Source of the DNA: Acidobacteriota bacterium
Lineage (GTDB): Bacteria > Acidobacteriota > Thermoanaerobaculia > Multivoradales > SZUA-115
NCBI GenBank assembly: GCA_024277255.1
Contig: JAJRVQ010000117.1
Location: forward strand, 31,171 to 95,170
Reading direction: 5' to 3'
DNA: 64,000 bases
Part shown: positions 50,801-61,212 of the stretch, piece by piece
Numbering within the stretch: position 1 is the first letter of the stretch
Layout: every line of letters starts with the position of its first letter
The notes under the pieces: model-generated
The model's input: only the letters and a program-made list of their open reading frames with translations
Database searches by the model: none
Told to the model about the DNA's origin: nothing
Translations under genes and position numbers: made by a program

Positions 50801-52752
50801 GACTTTCGTGTCGAGTGGGTCATCGCGTAAGTGTGCATCAGCCGGGAGCGAGCCACCGTCTGCGGATCGGCTCTCTCATCGCGCCGAGGGAGATCCTCGG
50901 CACTCCACTTGAGAGTCTGCCCCGGAATTGCACTTTCCAGCAATTCTATCGCTAGCTGGGCACTCTGCGGGCGTTGCGATCGGTCCTTGGCGAGAAGATT
51001 CATGATCAACTCATCGAGTCCGGGGGGTGTATCCGGTCGCAGTGCGGATGGCCGAGAGGGATTGCGCTTGAGCGTCTTGATGGCGGTCTCTCGCAGATCT
51101 TTGCCGGCGAAGGGTTGCCGGCCGGTGGTGCATTCGTAGAGCACCACGCCGAGGGAAAAGAGGTCCCCGAGTTCGTCGTACCCTTCGCCGCGCAGCGTTT
51201 CCGGCGGCACGTAGCCTGGAGTGCCAAAGAAAGTCTCGCTCTCGTTGCTCATCGCCGAGAGGAACTCCGCGATACCGAAGTCGGCGACTTTGACACTGCC
51301 GTCGAATCCGAGAAGAACATTCGAAGGCTTCACGTCGCGGTGGACGACACCCTGGCCGTGCGAGGCCTCCAGCGCCTGCGCCACCCGCAGGCCCAAGGCA
51401 CAGGTCTGATCGGCCGCCAGCGGACTGCGCCGCCAGAGCAGTTGATCGAGGCCGATTCCTTCGATGAATTCCATGGCGATGAAGGCGACTTCGGGCGAGT
51501 CTTCCACGTCGTAGATCGAGACGATGTTGTTGTGGTTGATGCGCGCCGCGGTAGCCGCCTCGCGCAGGAGTTGAGACGCCAGGTCACGCCGGCGCGAGTC
51601 CAGCATCTCCTGCGCCAGTCGCACCGTTTTCAGCGCAACCTGCCGCTTGAGCTTCGGATCCCAGCCGCGAAAGACGGTTCCCATGGCCCCTTCGCCGAGA
51701 ACCTCGATCACTTGGTAGCGGCCGAGGAAGACCTTGCCCATCGCTTCCTGGTCGCGGATGCGGCGCTCGATCACCGCGAACGAGGAGCGCAACTGGTCGA
51801 TCTCGTTACCGCCGGTGGGAATCGGGCTCAGGCCGGCGAGCCGGCGTTGGGCACCGATGAGACTGCGGATCGGGCGCACCAGGGTGAAATAGGCCAAGCT
51901 GCTGAGCACGGAGAGCAGTGCCAGAGCGAGGCCGACGGCGATCAGCGACTGGCGTTGCATGCGAGCGAGGTTGGCACGTGCGATCACCGCAGCTTGCCGG
52001 GAGGCGACGTACCAATCGGCTCCGTGCACCATGGCGAAGGCGCCGAGCACGCTGTCGTCCTCGCCGGCGGCGGGGTCGAACTCCCCGGAGCCATCGACCT
52101 TCAGCGCGCCGGCTCGCTCGACCAGCTCGGCGGGAAAACTGTCGAGTGAGACGACGGAACCGGCGAGCACCTCGCCCTTCCGGTTGGCGAGCACCAGAGC
52201 AGCCTCTTCTCCGAGTTCGATGGAAGAGACCATGCGGGTCAACGAGGAGGCGTCGGCGATCAGGCGCAAAGTGCCGCCGCCACCCTGCAATGGACTGTCG
52301 AGTCGCAGCCATCGTCGCTCCCGGCCGGCGATGGCTCGCGGTTGAGCGGCGTTAGGCTGAGCCAGAACCGGGGCCAATTCCTCCGCCAGGTCGCGCCGTT
52401 GCGCGCCGATGATGATCTCGCTCGCCTCATTGACCAGGAAGACGGCGGAGATGTCGGGTCGCGCCTGTAGGGTACCTGCCAGCAACTCTTGAGCCGCGCT
52501 GGATCGCGGGTCGTTGAGGACGGAAGGATGCGACCCCAGGGTTGCGGCCAGAGATTCGAGTGAACTTAGGAAGGCTCCAACCCGGTCGGCGGCGGCGCGT
52601 GCCGCCATGCTGTGCGTCTCCAGGACCTGGTCTTTGAGCGTGTCGTGGTTGATGCCGATCAGCCGGGCGGTGAGAAGGCTCAGGGGGACCAGGCCGATGG
52701 CCGCAAGCGCAAGTGCGATACGAGTCATCAGACCCAGCTTGAAGCGTTTCAT
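50797..52752 (-). CDS. transmembrane sensor Ser/Thr protein kinase (periplasmic domain, second TM/HAMP-like segment, C-terminal kinase)
   Basis: LGEGAMGTVFRGWDPKLKRQVALK, HRDVKPSNVLL, DFGIAEF kinase motifs. Two TM segments. Confidence 0.75.
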
Positions 52753-52847
52753 CTACCGCTATCCCCCCACCTCGTCGCCGTCACCGCGACGCCTTTTTCT
52801 CGCCAGTAGGGCTAGTCTATTGGATTGTGAGTCGTGGTGACCCCGGA

Positions 52848-52880
52848 AGAGATCTTGCCGCCAGCTGCGGTAAGATCTCT
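52848..52880. promoter_or_regulatory. 13-bp inverted repeat (1 mismatch) in the leader of the sigma54-activator gene
   Basis: AGAGATCTTGCCG-CCAGCTG-CGGTAAGATCTCT, ending 8 nt before the ATG at 52888. Confidence 0.3.
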
Positions 52881-52887
52881 GCGTTCC

Positions 52888-54258
52888 ATGCCAGAACCTA
52901 AATCAGTCCAGGTGCTTCTTGTCGAAGGTGACAGGCCGGCGCGGATTCTGCTCGAACGCGAGCTGCCGCACCAGGGGCAGGTGTGCGTCGCGCTCAAGGC
53001 CGGCGATGCTCTGCCTTCGTTGCTGGCCGACCCCGGTTACGACGTGATGCAGCTCGATCTGCGAGTGCCGGGCTCGGAAGGCGACGAAGCGTTGCGCATG
53101 TTGCGGGGAAGCGGCGCCGACGGCGAGATGATCCTGGTGGCCGACGCAGCGCCGAGCAAATCCGGTGCGGGTTCATTCCACACCCCGGAAGATGAAGAGG
53201 CCTACGATTTCCTGACCCGGCCGATGAACCCGGCCGAGATCGAGCGGATGTTGAGCGAGGGCGGCTCGCCCCTCACTTCCACCCGGTCCCGGGGCTCGGC
53301 CTCTCGATCGGCCGCAGAGACTGGAGCCTTGGCGGCGATCTTGGGATCGAGCCCGGCGATCGTCACCGTGCTGCGAACGGTGGGGAGGATCGCCGCTTCA
53401 TCGGCCTCGGTGCTGATCTACGGTGAGACCGGTACCGGCAAGACGTTGGTCGCTCGCGCCCTACACGAGCTGTCCGAACGCAGGGACAAGCCGTTCGTCG
53501 TGGTCAATTGCAGCGCGTTTCAGGACCAGCTGCTGGAAAGCGAGCTCTTCGGACACGAGAGGGGGTCGTTCACCGGTGCCGTGGGCGCCAAGCAGGGCCT
53601 CTTCGAGGTGGCCGACGGCGGTACTCTCTTCCTCGACGAAGTGGCGGAGATGAGTTCCGCGATGCAGGCCAAAGTTCTGCAAGTGCTCGACAATGGTGTG
53701 ATCCGGCGGGTCGGCGGCACCCAGGTGCGGCACACCGATGTGCGGATCGTCTCGGCCAGCAACAAGAATCTCTCCGAGCTGGTCAACAAGGAACAGTTCC
53801 GTAAGGATCTGCTGTTTCGGCTCAACGTCATCCGGCTGGAAGTGCCTCCCCTGCGCGATCGCAAGGAGGATGTCGCGGAGTTGGTGGAGCACTTCTTGCG
53901 CCGATTTCCCGCTCCCGGCGGTCAGGTCAAGACGGTCTCTCCGGCCGCGCTCCACCTGCTCAAGGAGTACCAGTGGCCGGGCAACGTGCGCGAGTTGGCC
54001 AACGCGATAGAGGGGTTGGTCCTGCTCTCGCCGGGAGATCTCATCACGCCGCAAGATCTGCCGCCGAGCATCCAACCGCCGCAAGTCTTCGAACTCGAGT
54101 CCGTCGAGGCGCCGCTGCCCATGTCGGAGATCGAGCGGCTGCACATCGCCCGGGCGCTGCGCTACACCGAAGGCAAGAAAGCACCGGCGGCGCGCCTCTT
54201 GGGCATCGACGTCAAGACGCTCAACAACAAGATCAGAGGCTACGCCATCCAGCTGTAG
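52888..54258 (+). CDS. sigma54-dependent response regulator (receiver + AAA+ + Fis-type HTH; NtrC family)
   Basis: VLIYGETGTGKTLVARALH, GAFTGA-like ESELFGHERGSFTGA, LFLDEV. Start at MPEPKSVQVLLVEGD. Confidence 0.8.
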   Translation: MPEPKSVQVLLVEGDRPARILLERELPHQGQVCVALKAGDALPSLLADPGYDVMQLDLRVPGSEGDEALRMLRGSGADGEMILVADAAPSKSGAGSFHTPEDEEAYDFLTRPMNPAEIERMLSEGGSPLTSTRSRGSASRSAAETGALAAILGSSPAIVTVLRTVGRIAASSASVLIYGETGTGKTLVARALHELSERRDKPFVVVNCSAFQDQLLESELFGHERGSFTGAVGAKQGLFEVADGGTLFLDEVAEMSSAMQAKVLQVLDNGVIRRVGGTQVRHTDVRIVSASNKNLSELVNKEQFRKDLLFRLNVIRLEVPPLRDRKEDVAELVEHFLRRFPAPGGQVKTVSPAALHLLKEYQWPGNVRELANAIEGLVLLSPGDLITPQDLPPSIQPPQVFELESVEAPLPMSEIERLHIARALRYTEGKKAPAARLLGIDVKTLNNKIRGYAIQL

Positions 54259-54823
54259 AAGCTGGCTGTGGCGAGCTGCCGAGAAGCGCACTGACACTGA
54301 TCGCCAGCGCCGCCGCCGCGGCGTTGAAGGCGACGTCGCGCAGGTCGTAGTAGCGCTCGGGGATCAGGTATTGAATCCCCTCGTCTCCCCAGCCGGCGAG
54401 GCAAGAGAGAACCACGGCGCTGACCGCGGGCCAGCGACCGAGGGGGCCGAGTGACTTCGTCTCCGCGGCGCGCTCACGCCGGCGCCGGCGACAGGCGGCG
54501 TAGACGAGCAGCCCCAGGAGGCCGTATTCGATCAGGTGCAACTGCTCTTCCGGCTGGTGGGCCTGACGCAGGATCCAGCCGTAGATGGCGAGGATCGGGA
54601 TGAGTAGCGAGGCTCGCCGCCAGCCGGGCCAGCGGCGCCACAGCCATAGGGCGAAAGCGAAGAAGGCCAGAGCGAAGAGGCATCCGACCGTGAAGCGCAG
54701 CCAGCCGGCATCGCGCAGCGGGTCGGTCACCTTGCGGATGAAGGGCAGCGAGGCGTAGATGAACAGCAGGTAGAGGCCGGCGGCGATCCACAGCTGGCTT
54801 TGCCGTTGCGGTAGGTAGCTCAT
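54233..54823 (-). CDS. VanZ-family membrane protein
   Basis: 4-TM protein with C-terminal GDEGIQYLIPERYYDLRDVAFNAAAA motif typical of VanZ-like proteins. Confidence 0.55.
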   Translation of the reverse strand: MSYLPQRQSQLWIAAGLYLLFIYASLPFIRKVTDPLRDAGWLRFTVGCLFALAFFAFALWLWRRWPGWRRASLLIPILAIYGWILRQAHQPEEQLHLIEYGLLGLLVYAACRRRRRERAAETKSLGPLGRWPAVSAVVLSCLAGWGDEGIQYLIPERYYDLRDVAFNAAAAALAISVSALLGSSPQPASTAGWRSL

Positions 54824-54898
54824 TACCGCACGATGCTACCTGGAGGGGGCTCCGGTGTGGCGCTGGTGAGGCGATCTGTACCGCAGCGATGTGCGCTC

Positions 54899-54941
54899 GG
54901 GTGATACGGGGCCCAGGGGGTCACCGGGCTCCGTATCACCC
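54899..54941 (-). terminator. long hairpin (perfect 11-bp stem) downstream of ftsZ at the end of the dcw cluster
   Basis: gggtgatacgg…(21 nt)…ccgtatcaccc. No U-tract, so possibly regulatory rather than intrinsic terminator. Confidence 0.3.
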
Positions 54942-55015
54942 GAAGCACGCTCACTCGGTCGGCGTCGGGCGGTGAGGCCCCGCGCCGGCCGAGAAAGAGG
55001 GAGATGAACCGTGAG

Positions 55016-56335
55016 TCAGTCCATCTGTTTGCGCAGCACGGTCGGTATGTCGTAGTCATCGACGTTCGACCAGTTGGGTCCGTAGCCTCCGGAGTCGTTG
55101 CCCATGTCTTGAGCCAGTGCCTTGCGGTAGAAGGGAACCTCATTGGACTCGGTTTGCGGCTGCGGTTCGGCAGCGACTTGCACCGCCGGCTCGGGAAAGC
55201 GTGGGCTGCGCATCATCGGTTCGGCGGCGACGCGCACCGGATCGGTTTCGCTGTGCAGTGAGTCGAGTAGCGCCACGTCACCGGCGGTGCCAGGTAGGTG
55301 GCTGGCGGATGGGCTGCCGTCGAAGCCGGTGGCGATGACGGTGACCTTCATCGATTCCTCCAGAGCGTGGTCGATCACCATGCCGGAGATGATGTTGGCC
55401 TGCGGGTCCACCGATTCGGAGATGATCTTGGCCGCCTCGGCGACCTCGTGTAGGGTCAGATCGTTGCCGCCGGAGATGTTGATCAAGACACCGCGGGCGC
55501 CTTCGATCGAAGTCTCTTCGAGCAACGGCGAGCTGATCGCCCGCTGTGCCGCTTCGATCGCCCGGTTCTCGCCCTTGGCGACACCGGTGCCCATCAACGC
55601 CATGCCCATGCCGGTCATGATGGTGCGCACGTCGGCGAAGTCGACGTTGACCTCGCCGGGGATGGTGATCAGATCGCTGATTCCCTGGACCGCCTGGCGA
55701 AGCACGTCGTCGGCGATGCGGAAGGCTTCGGAAAGCGGGGTGCCGCGCTCGACGAAGGAGAGCAGCCGTTCGTTGGGGATGGTGATCAGCGTGTCGACCG
55801 CTCCGCGCAGCTCTTCGACCGCCGCCTCGGCGATCTGTTGCCGCCGCCGCCCTTCGAAGCCGAACGGCTTGGTCACCACGGCGACGGTCAGGGCCCCGAT
55901 CTCGGCGGCGAGGGAGGCGATGATCGGCGCCGCCCCGCTGCCGGTACCGCCGCCGAGGCCCGCGGTCAGGAAGACCATGTCGGCGCCGTCGAGGATCTCG
56001 AGCAGCTTCTCGGTGTCTTCGAGCGCCGCCTTGCGACCGATTTCCGGGTAGGCGCCGGCCCCCAGCCCTTTGGTCAGCAGACCGCCGAGCTGGATCTTGG
56101 TCGGTGCTGTCGACTTCTGCAGCGCTTGTAGATCCGTGTTGGCGGCGATGAATTCGATGCCGCGCAAGTCGGTGTCGATCATCCGGTTGACGGCGTTGCC
56201 GCCGCCACCGCCGACGCCGACGACACGAATCGTCGCCGGTGCGGTGAGTCTCTCGTCCAGCACGATGGGGGAGCGTTCGGCCACCTCCAGCAGCTGCTGT
56301 TTCTCCTGCTCGTTGTCTTCGTCAAACAAAATCAT
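55016..56335 (-). CDS. ftsZ: cell division GTPase FtsZ
   Basis: [13 protein letters not shown], tubulin signature [16 protein letters not shown]-terminal conserved peptide DIPTVLRKQ. Confidence 0.9.
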   Translation of the reverse strand: MILFDEDNEQEKQQLLEVAERSPIVLDERLTAPATIRVVGVGGGGGNAVNRMIDTDLRGIEFIAANTDLQALQKSTAPTKIQLGGLLTKGLGAGAYPEIGRKAALEDTEKLLEILDGADMVFLTAGLGGGTGSGAAPIIASLAAEIGALTVAVVTKPFGFEGRRRQQIAEAAVEELRGAVDTLITIPNERLLSFVERGTPLSEAFRIADDVLRQAVQGISDLITIPGEVNVDFADVRTIMTGMGMALMGTGVAKGENRAIEAAQRAISSPLLEETSIEGARGVLINISGGNDLTLHEVAEAAKIISESVDPQANIISGMVIDHALEESMKVTVIATGFDGSPSASHLPGTAGDVALLDSLHSETDPVRVAAEPMMRSPRFPEPAVQVAAEPQPQTESNEVPFYRKALAQDMGNDSGGYGPNWSNVDDYDIPTVLRKQMD

Positions 56336-56397
56336 CTCGACCCCCTTGGTCCTGGGTAAGGACGTTTCTTCTCACTCTCAAAAGGCGTGGCATGGAC

Positions 56398-57633
56398 TCA
56401 GAGCAACTCCGTGAACATGCCGCGCAAGCTGTTGATCATGGCGCGCACGCTCAGCGTTCGGCGGCGGCCGCGTTGTTGACTCTCCTCGGCGGACAGCGCG
56501 TAGAGCAGTAGGCCCGAGGCGGTGCACCAGGAGGGAGAGCCGATGACGTCCACCAGCCCTCCGAGGCCGCGCGGCAGGCCGTAGCGCACCCCGCAGTCAA
56601 AGATCTGTTCGGCCATCTCCAGCAGACCTTCCAGCTGTGCGCCGCCGCCGGTGAGGACCACCCCGCAGCGCGGGCTGTCCTCGAACCCGTGTTTGGCGAG
56701 ATCGTTGCGCACCATGCTGAAAAGCTCTTAGGCCCGCGGCTGGAGGATTCCCGCCAACTCGCGCTTGGGCACGATCCGGGAGCTGCCGCCGGCGACGGTG
56801 GGCACCGAAATACCTGTGTCATCGATGACTAGCCCTTCCAGGCAGCAGCCGTGGCGCGTCTTGATCTTCTCCGCCTCGCCGAACGGCGTGCGCAGGACCA
56901 TGGCCAGATCGTTGGTGAAATGGCCGGCGCCGACCGGGAGCACACCGGAGTGGTAGACCTCGCCATCGAGCACCAGGGCGTACTCGGCGGTGCCGGCGCC
57001 GATGTCGATCAGTAACACCCCCAACTCGCGCTCGTCCTCGGTGAGGATGGCGCGGGCCGTGGCGAGGGGCTCGAAGACCAGCTCGACGACTTCGATTCCG
57101 GCTCGGTTGACGCAGGTCAGCAGCGTCTTGGAGCGCGTCACGTTGCCGGTCACCAGGTGGACGGCGACCTCCAGCCGGCTGCCCAGCATGCCCATCGGAT
57201 CGGCGATGCCCCCCTGCTCGTCGACCAGGAACTCCTGCGGGATGGAGTGCAGGATCTCACGGTCGGAGGGCAGTGCCGCCGACTGCGCCGCCTCCAAGAC
57301 TCGGCGGATGTCCTGGCGGGTGATCTCGCGATCCTTGCGCGCCACCGAGACCATGCCGCGCGAGTTGACACTGCGCACATCGGCGCCGGCGACGCCGACG
57401 TAGGCGCGCGAGATCTCGACTCCGGCCATCACCTCGGCTTCCTCGGTGGCCTGCTTGAGCGCCTCCACGGTCGCCTCGACGTTGACGATGTTCCCCCGGC
57501 GGGTCCCCCGGTTCGGGGCCAACCCGCGGCCGACGACTTCCATCCCCCCGTCGTCGCCGCGTTGGCCGACCAATACCCCCACCTTGGAGGAACCGATATC
57601 GACACCTACGAAATACTGCTGTGGTTTGGCCAT
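56398..57633 (-). CDS. ftsA: cell division protein FtsA, interrupted by an in-frame TAA at 56728-56730 (aligns with a conserved Tyr)
   Basis: Actin-like N-terminus FVGVDIGSSKVGVLVG. C-terminal part VVLTGGGAQLEGLLEMAEQIF lies in the same frame after …ILQPRA*ELFSMVRNDL. E. coli has …IEPRYTELLNLV at this position. Confidence 0.8.
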
Positions 57634-57637
57634 CGCC

Positions 57638-58636
57638 CTACCTCACCTTGATTGAGTCCGAGGTCCGTCCGCGCTGGGACGGGTCAGACGGTTCATCCGA
57701 TTGCAAAACAATTCGTCGCGAGAACCGCAAATCCACCATCGCCAGCCCACCGGCGCCGAAGCGCTCTTCGATCCGTGGCAGCAGTTCTCGTAATCGATCT
57801 CCTCGCATGGTCACCGAGCCGGCCCGCACCCGTAAGTCGAAGGGCAGGGCCGTCGTTTCGATCACAAAGTCTTCGTCGTTGAGTGCTTCGAGCGCGATCA
57901 GCCCGCTGGCCCACAGCGGCTGCCGCGAAACCAGCTCATCGACCAGCTCCAGCGCCCGCGGCACGTAGTCGAGCCGTGGCAACGGCGGTGCCGCCCGCGT
58001 CGTTCTCGCACCTGTTTTTCCGCCTGCCTCTGCGTCTGCCTCTTCAGCCGGGGTCGCGTCGTAGCCGCGCACCACCAGCAGTCCGTCAGGCTCTTCGCCC
58101 GCCGCCAGGGGTGCGATCAATGCACCATCAGCGTCGGCATACCAGAACCGCTCGCCGTAGGTGACCAACGCCGCGGGTTGCCGCTCCTCGACCTCGACGC
58201 GCAAGGTGGCGGGCAGCTCCTTGTGAATCGACACACCGGCGACCCAGGGGTGGGCCGCGAGTTGGCGGTGGACTCGCGCCAGCGGCAGACTGATCAGATT
58301 GCTGCCGGTCAACGGAGCCAGGGAGCCGTCCACCCAGGCGACGGGAACCCGCGTCGTCGGCGTGACGGAGATTTCCGCCAGAGCGAAGCGCGGCGAAGTG
58401 AGCAGCCAGCCGGCCAGCGCCAGCGGCAGGGCGGTGATCAGGAGGCCGCGCAGGAGCCAGCGAGCAGCCAGCCGCCAAGGGTGCCGTCGCCGCCGGCGCG
58501 GTGCGGTGGTGGGGCGGCGGAAGAGGCCGCGCCCCGCCATGAGACCCGACTGCGCCGGCGTTTGGCCGTAGTGCGACCCGCCGGCGGTCAACGGATCGTT
58601 CCCATTCCATCGTTGAGTGGGGCGAGCGTGGCTCAT
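57638..58636 (-). CDS. ftsQ: FtsQ/DivIB-like cell division protein
   Basis: Single TM then POTRA-like region. Position between murC and ftsA. 4-bp overlap with murC. Confidence 0.6.
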   Translation of the reverse strand: MSHARPTQRWNGNDPLTAGGSHYGQTPAQSGLMAGRGLFRRPTTAPRRRRRHPWRLAARWLLRGLLITALPLALAGWLLTSPRFALAEISVTPTTRVPVAWVDGSLAPLTGSNLISLPLARVHRQLAAHPWVAGVSIHKELPATLRVEVEERQPAALVTYGERFWYADADGALIAPLAAGEEPDGLLVVRGYDATPAEEADAEAGGKTGARTTRAAPPLPRLDYVPRALELVDELVSRQPLWASGLIALEALNDEDFVIETTALPFDLRVRAGSVTMRGDRLRELLPRIEERFGAGGLAMVDLRFSRRIVLQSDEPSDPSQRGRTSDSIKVR

Positions 58637-60045
58637 GGCTCACTCCCCTCTTGGCGACCGACCAGCTCCGCCGCCAGCCGGTAGATGTCGCCGGCCCCGA
58701 GGGTCAGGATCACGTCGCCGGCGGAGATCTGCGGCGCCAGTAACTCGGGAGCGGCCTGCCAGTCGGCACAGTGGGATACGTCGTGATGGCCGCTGGCGCG
58801 GGCCGCTTCCACCACCAGCTGGGCGTCGATGCCGGCAATCGGTTCCTCGCGTGAGCCATAGATGTCGGTGACCACAGCGCGGTCGGCGGCGAGCAGCGCC
58901 CGGCCGAAAGCCTCGGCGTGGTCGCGGGTGCGCGAGTAGAGGTGCGGCTGGAAGACGGCGTGGACTTTGCCGCCCGGGAAGCTGCTGCGCGCCGCCTCCA
59001 GCGTCGCGGCGACCTCGGTGGGATGGTGGGCGTAGTCGTCGACCACCGTGGCACCGCGCCAGTGACCGAGCTTCTCGAACCGGCGGTGGACGCCGCCGAA
59101 ACCGGCGAGCGAGTCGGCGATGGCGGCGAAGGGGATGTCGAGGCTCAAACCCACGGCGATGGCGGCCAGAGCGTTGCGCACATTGTGCGCTCCGGGCATC
59201 GGCAAATCGACCACGCCGAGATCCTCGGATTCGCCGTCGCCTCCGCGCAACCGAACGTTGAAGCGGCAGCCAAAGGGGCGGTGCTCGACCGCGGTGGCGG
59301 AGAGTTCCGCCTGGGGAGCCAGGCCGTAGGTGAGGATCCGCCGGTCCTGCATCGCCGGCAGGACTTCTTGGATGTTGGCTTCGTCGAGGCAGACGATGGC
59401 GCGGCCGAAAAAGGGCACCCGATCGACAAAGGAGATGAAGGCTGCCTTGATCTCGTCGAGGTCGGCGTAGGTGTCGAGATGGTCCACGTCGATCGAGGTG
59501 ACGATGGCGATGATCGGCGCCAGGCGCAAGAAGCTGCGGTCGAATTCGTCGGCTTCGGCGACCAGGAAGTCGCTGCGCCCAAGTCGCGCACCGGTTCCGG
59601 TGACCCGCAGCCGGCCGCCGACGATGACCGTCGGGTCGAGGCCGGCGTCGACCAGCAGAGCGCCGACCAGCGAGGTGGTCGTCGTCTTGCCGTGGGTGCC
59701 GGCGACGGCGATGCCGTACTTGAGGCGCATCAATTCACCGAGCATCTCGGCGCGGCGCGCGACGGTGATACCGCGCTCGCGGGCGGCTGCGATCTCCGGG
59801 TTCTCGTCGGGAACGGCCGAGGATTTGACCACCAGATCGACGCCGTCGAGATGGTCGGCGCTGTGACCCTGGGTGATCTTGACACCGCGACTGGCGAGCC
59901 TTGCGGTGGCTTCGCCCAGCGCCTGGTCACAACCGGAGATCTCGAGATCGTAGTCGAGCAGCACTTCGGCGATGCCGCACATTCCGGCGCCGCCGATGCC
60001 GACGAAGTGGATGCGCGAGAGGCCGGCGAAACGTTGGAACATCAT
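58633..60045 (-). CDS. murC: UDP-N-acetylmuramate--L-alanine ligase
   Basis: HFVGIGGAGMCGIAEVL, GTHGKTTTTSL Mur ligase motifs. 470 aa. Confidence 0.85.
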   Translation of the reverse strand: MMFQRFAGLSRIHFVGIGGAGMCGIAEVLLDYDLEISGCDQALGEATARLASRGVKITQGHSADHLDGVDLVVKSSAVPDENPEIAAARERGITVARRAEMLGELMRLKYGIAVAGTHGKTTTTSLVGALLVDAGLDPTVIVGGRLRVTGTGARLGRSDFLVAEADEFDRSFLRLAPIIAIVTSIDVDHLDTYADLDEIKAAFISFVDRVPFFGRAIVCLDEANIQEVLPAMQDRRILTYGLAPQAELSATAVEHRPFGCRFNVRLRGGDGESEDLGVVDLPMPGAHNVRNALAAIAVGLSLDIPFAAIADSLAGFGGVHRRFEKLGHWRGATVVDDYAHHPTEVAATLEAARSSFPGGKVHAVFQPHLYSRTRDHAEAFGRALLAADRAVVTDIYGSREEPIAGIDAQLVVEAARASGHHDVSHCADWQAAPELLAPQISAGDVILTLGAGDIYRLAAELVGRQEGSEP

Positions 60046-61208
60046 GCGCGGTTCCTCCGTTCGGCCTGCTCGGATCCAGCGGCGAGAGCTTCGATCTCGT
60101 CGGCGATGGCGGCGACGGCGTCGGGACGGGCGAGGCTACGGGCGGCCGCGCCCATCGCGGCCAGCCGGGAGGGATCGGCGAGCAGTTCGCTCAACGTAGA
60201 GGCCAGCCGCTCGCGGGTCGCTTCGGCGGAGAGCACCAGCCGGGCGGCGCCGCCATCGGCCAAGGCGCGAGCGTTGACCTCCTGGTGGCCGCCGGCGATG
60301 GCCAACGGTACGAAGAGAGCGGCGCGGCCGGCGGCGCAGATCTCCGCCGTGGTGATGGCGCCGGCGCGCGAGACGATCAGCTGGCAGCGGCCCATGGCGG
60401 CGGCGACGTCGTCGAGGAAGGGGGTGATCTCGATACCCCTATCGCCGCAACCCAGGTCGCCGCCCAGCCCGGCCTCGTCGTAGGCCCGCCGAGTGGCCTC
60501 GACGTGGGGGCCGCCGCACTGATGGAGGACGCTCAATTGGGGGGTGTGTCGTCGCACCCGCGCCACCGCGTCGGGCACCAGCCGGTTGAGTTGCAGGGCG
60601 CCTTGGCTGCCGCCGAGGATGAGCAGACGGGGGCGGCGGGCCGCCTCCTCGCTGACCGCAGGCAGGGCGAAGAAGGCGGGCCGCACCGGCACGCCGGTGA
60701 GCCGGGTGCGGCAGCGCAGCTGGCCGGCGGTCTCGGCGAAGGCCAGCACGGCGCACTGGGCCCAGCGCGAGAGCAGCCGGTTGGCGGTTCCCGCCTCGGC
60801 GTTGGGCTCGACGAGCACCGCCGGCCGGCCGGCCAGGCGGCAGCCGAGCACCGCCGGCACCGAGGCGAAGCCGCCGGTGCCCAGCGTGACGTCGACACCT
60901 AGCCGTCGCACCAGCCGCCGGGCGCGCAAGGCCGATCCGGCCAGGGTCGCCAGCGCCAGCGCCTTGCCGGCGGTGCCGCGGCCGACCCAGGGACGGGCCG
61001 CCAGCGGATGGAAGTCCATGCCACTGGTGGCGACGAGGCGTGCCTCCATGCCGTCGGGTCGTCCGGCGAAGCTCACGCGCCACCCCCTGCGCGCCAACTC
61101 GGCGCCGACGGCCAACGCCGGGAAGACGTGACCGCCGGAGCCTCCGCCGGCCAACAGCGCGTGTGGCGGGGCGGCGGTGGCGCCATGGGAAGAGTCGAGT
61201 GTGGCCAT
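60042..61208 (-). CDS. murG: UDP-N-acetylglucosamine--N-acetylmuramyl-(pentapeptide) pyrophosphoryl-undecaprenol GlcNAc transferase
   Basis: GGGSGGHVFPALAV N-terminus, C-terminal GT-B fold. 4-bp overlaps on both sides. Confidence 0.85.
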   Translation of the reverse strand: MATLDSSHGATAAPPHALLAGGGSGGHVFPALAVGAELARRGWRVSFAGRPDGMEARLVATSGMDFHPLAARPWVGRGTAGKALALATLAGSALRARRLVRRLGVDVTLGTGGFASVPAVLGCRLAGRPAVLVEPNAEAGTANRLLSRWAQCAVLAFAETAGQLRCRTRLTGVPVRPAFFALPAVSEEAARRPRLLILGGSQGALQLNRLVPDAVARVRRHTPQLSVLHQCGGPHVEATRRAYDEAGLGGDLGCGDRGIEITPFLDDVAAAMGRCQLIVSRAGAITTAEICAAGRAALFVPLAIAGGHQEVNARALADGGAARLVLSAEATRERLASTLSELLADPSRLAAMGAAARSLARPDAVAAIADEIEALAAGSEQAERRNRA

Positions 61209-61212
61209 CCGT

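Noticed and set aside
56398-57633. Apparent frameshift splitting ftsA into two ORFs
   Set aside because: Coordinates show both parts are in the same frame (56728-56713 = 15 nt). The interruption is a single TAA codon, not an indel.
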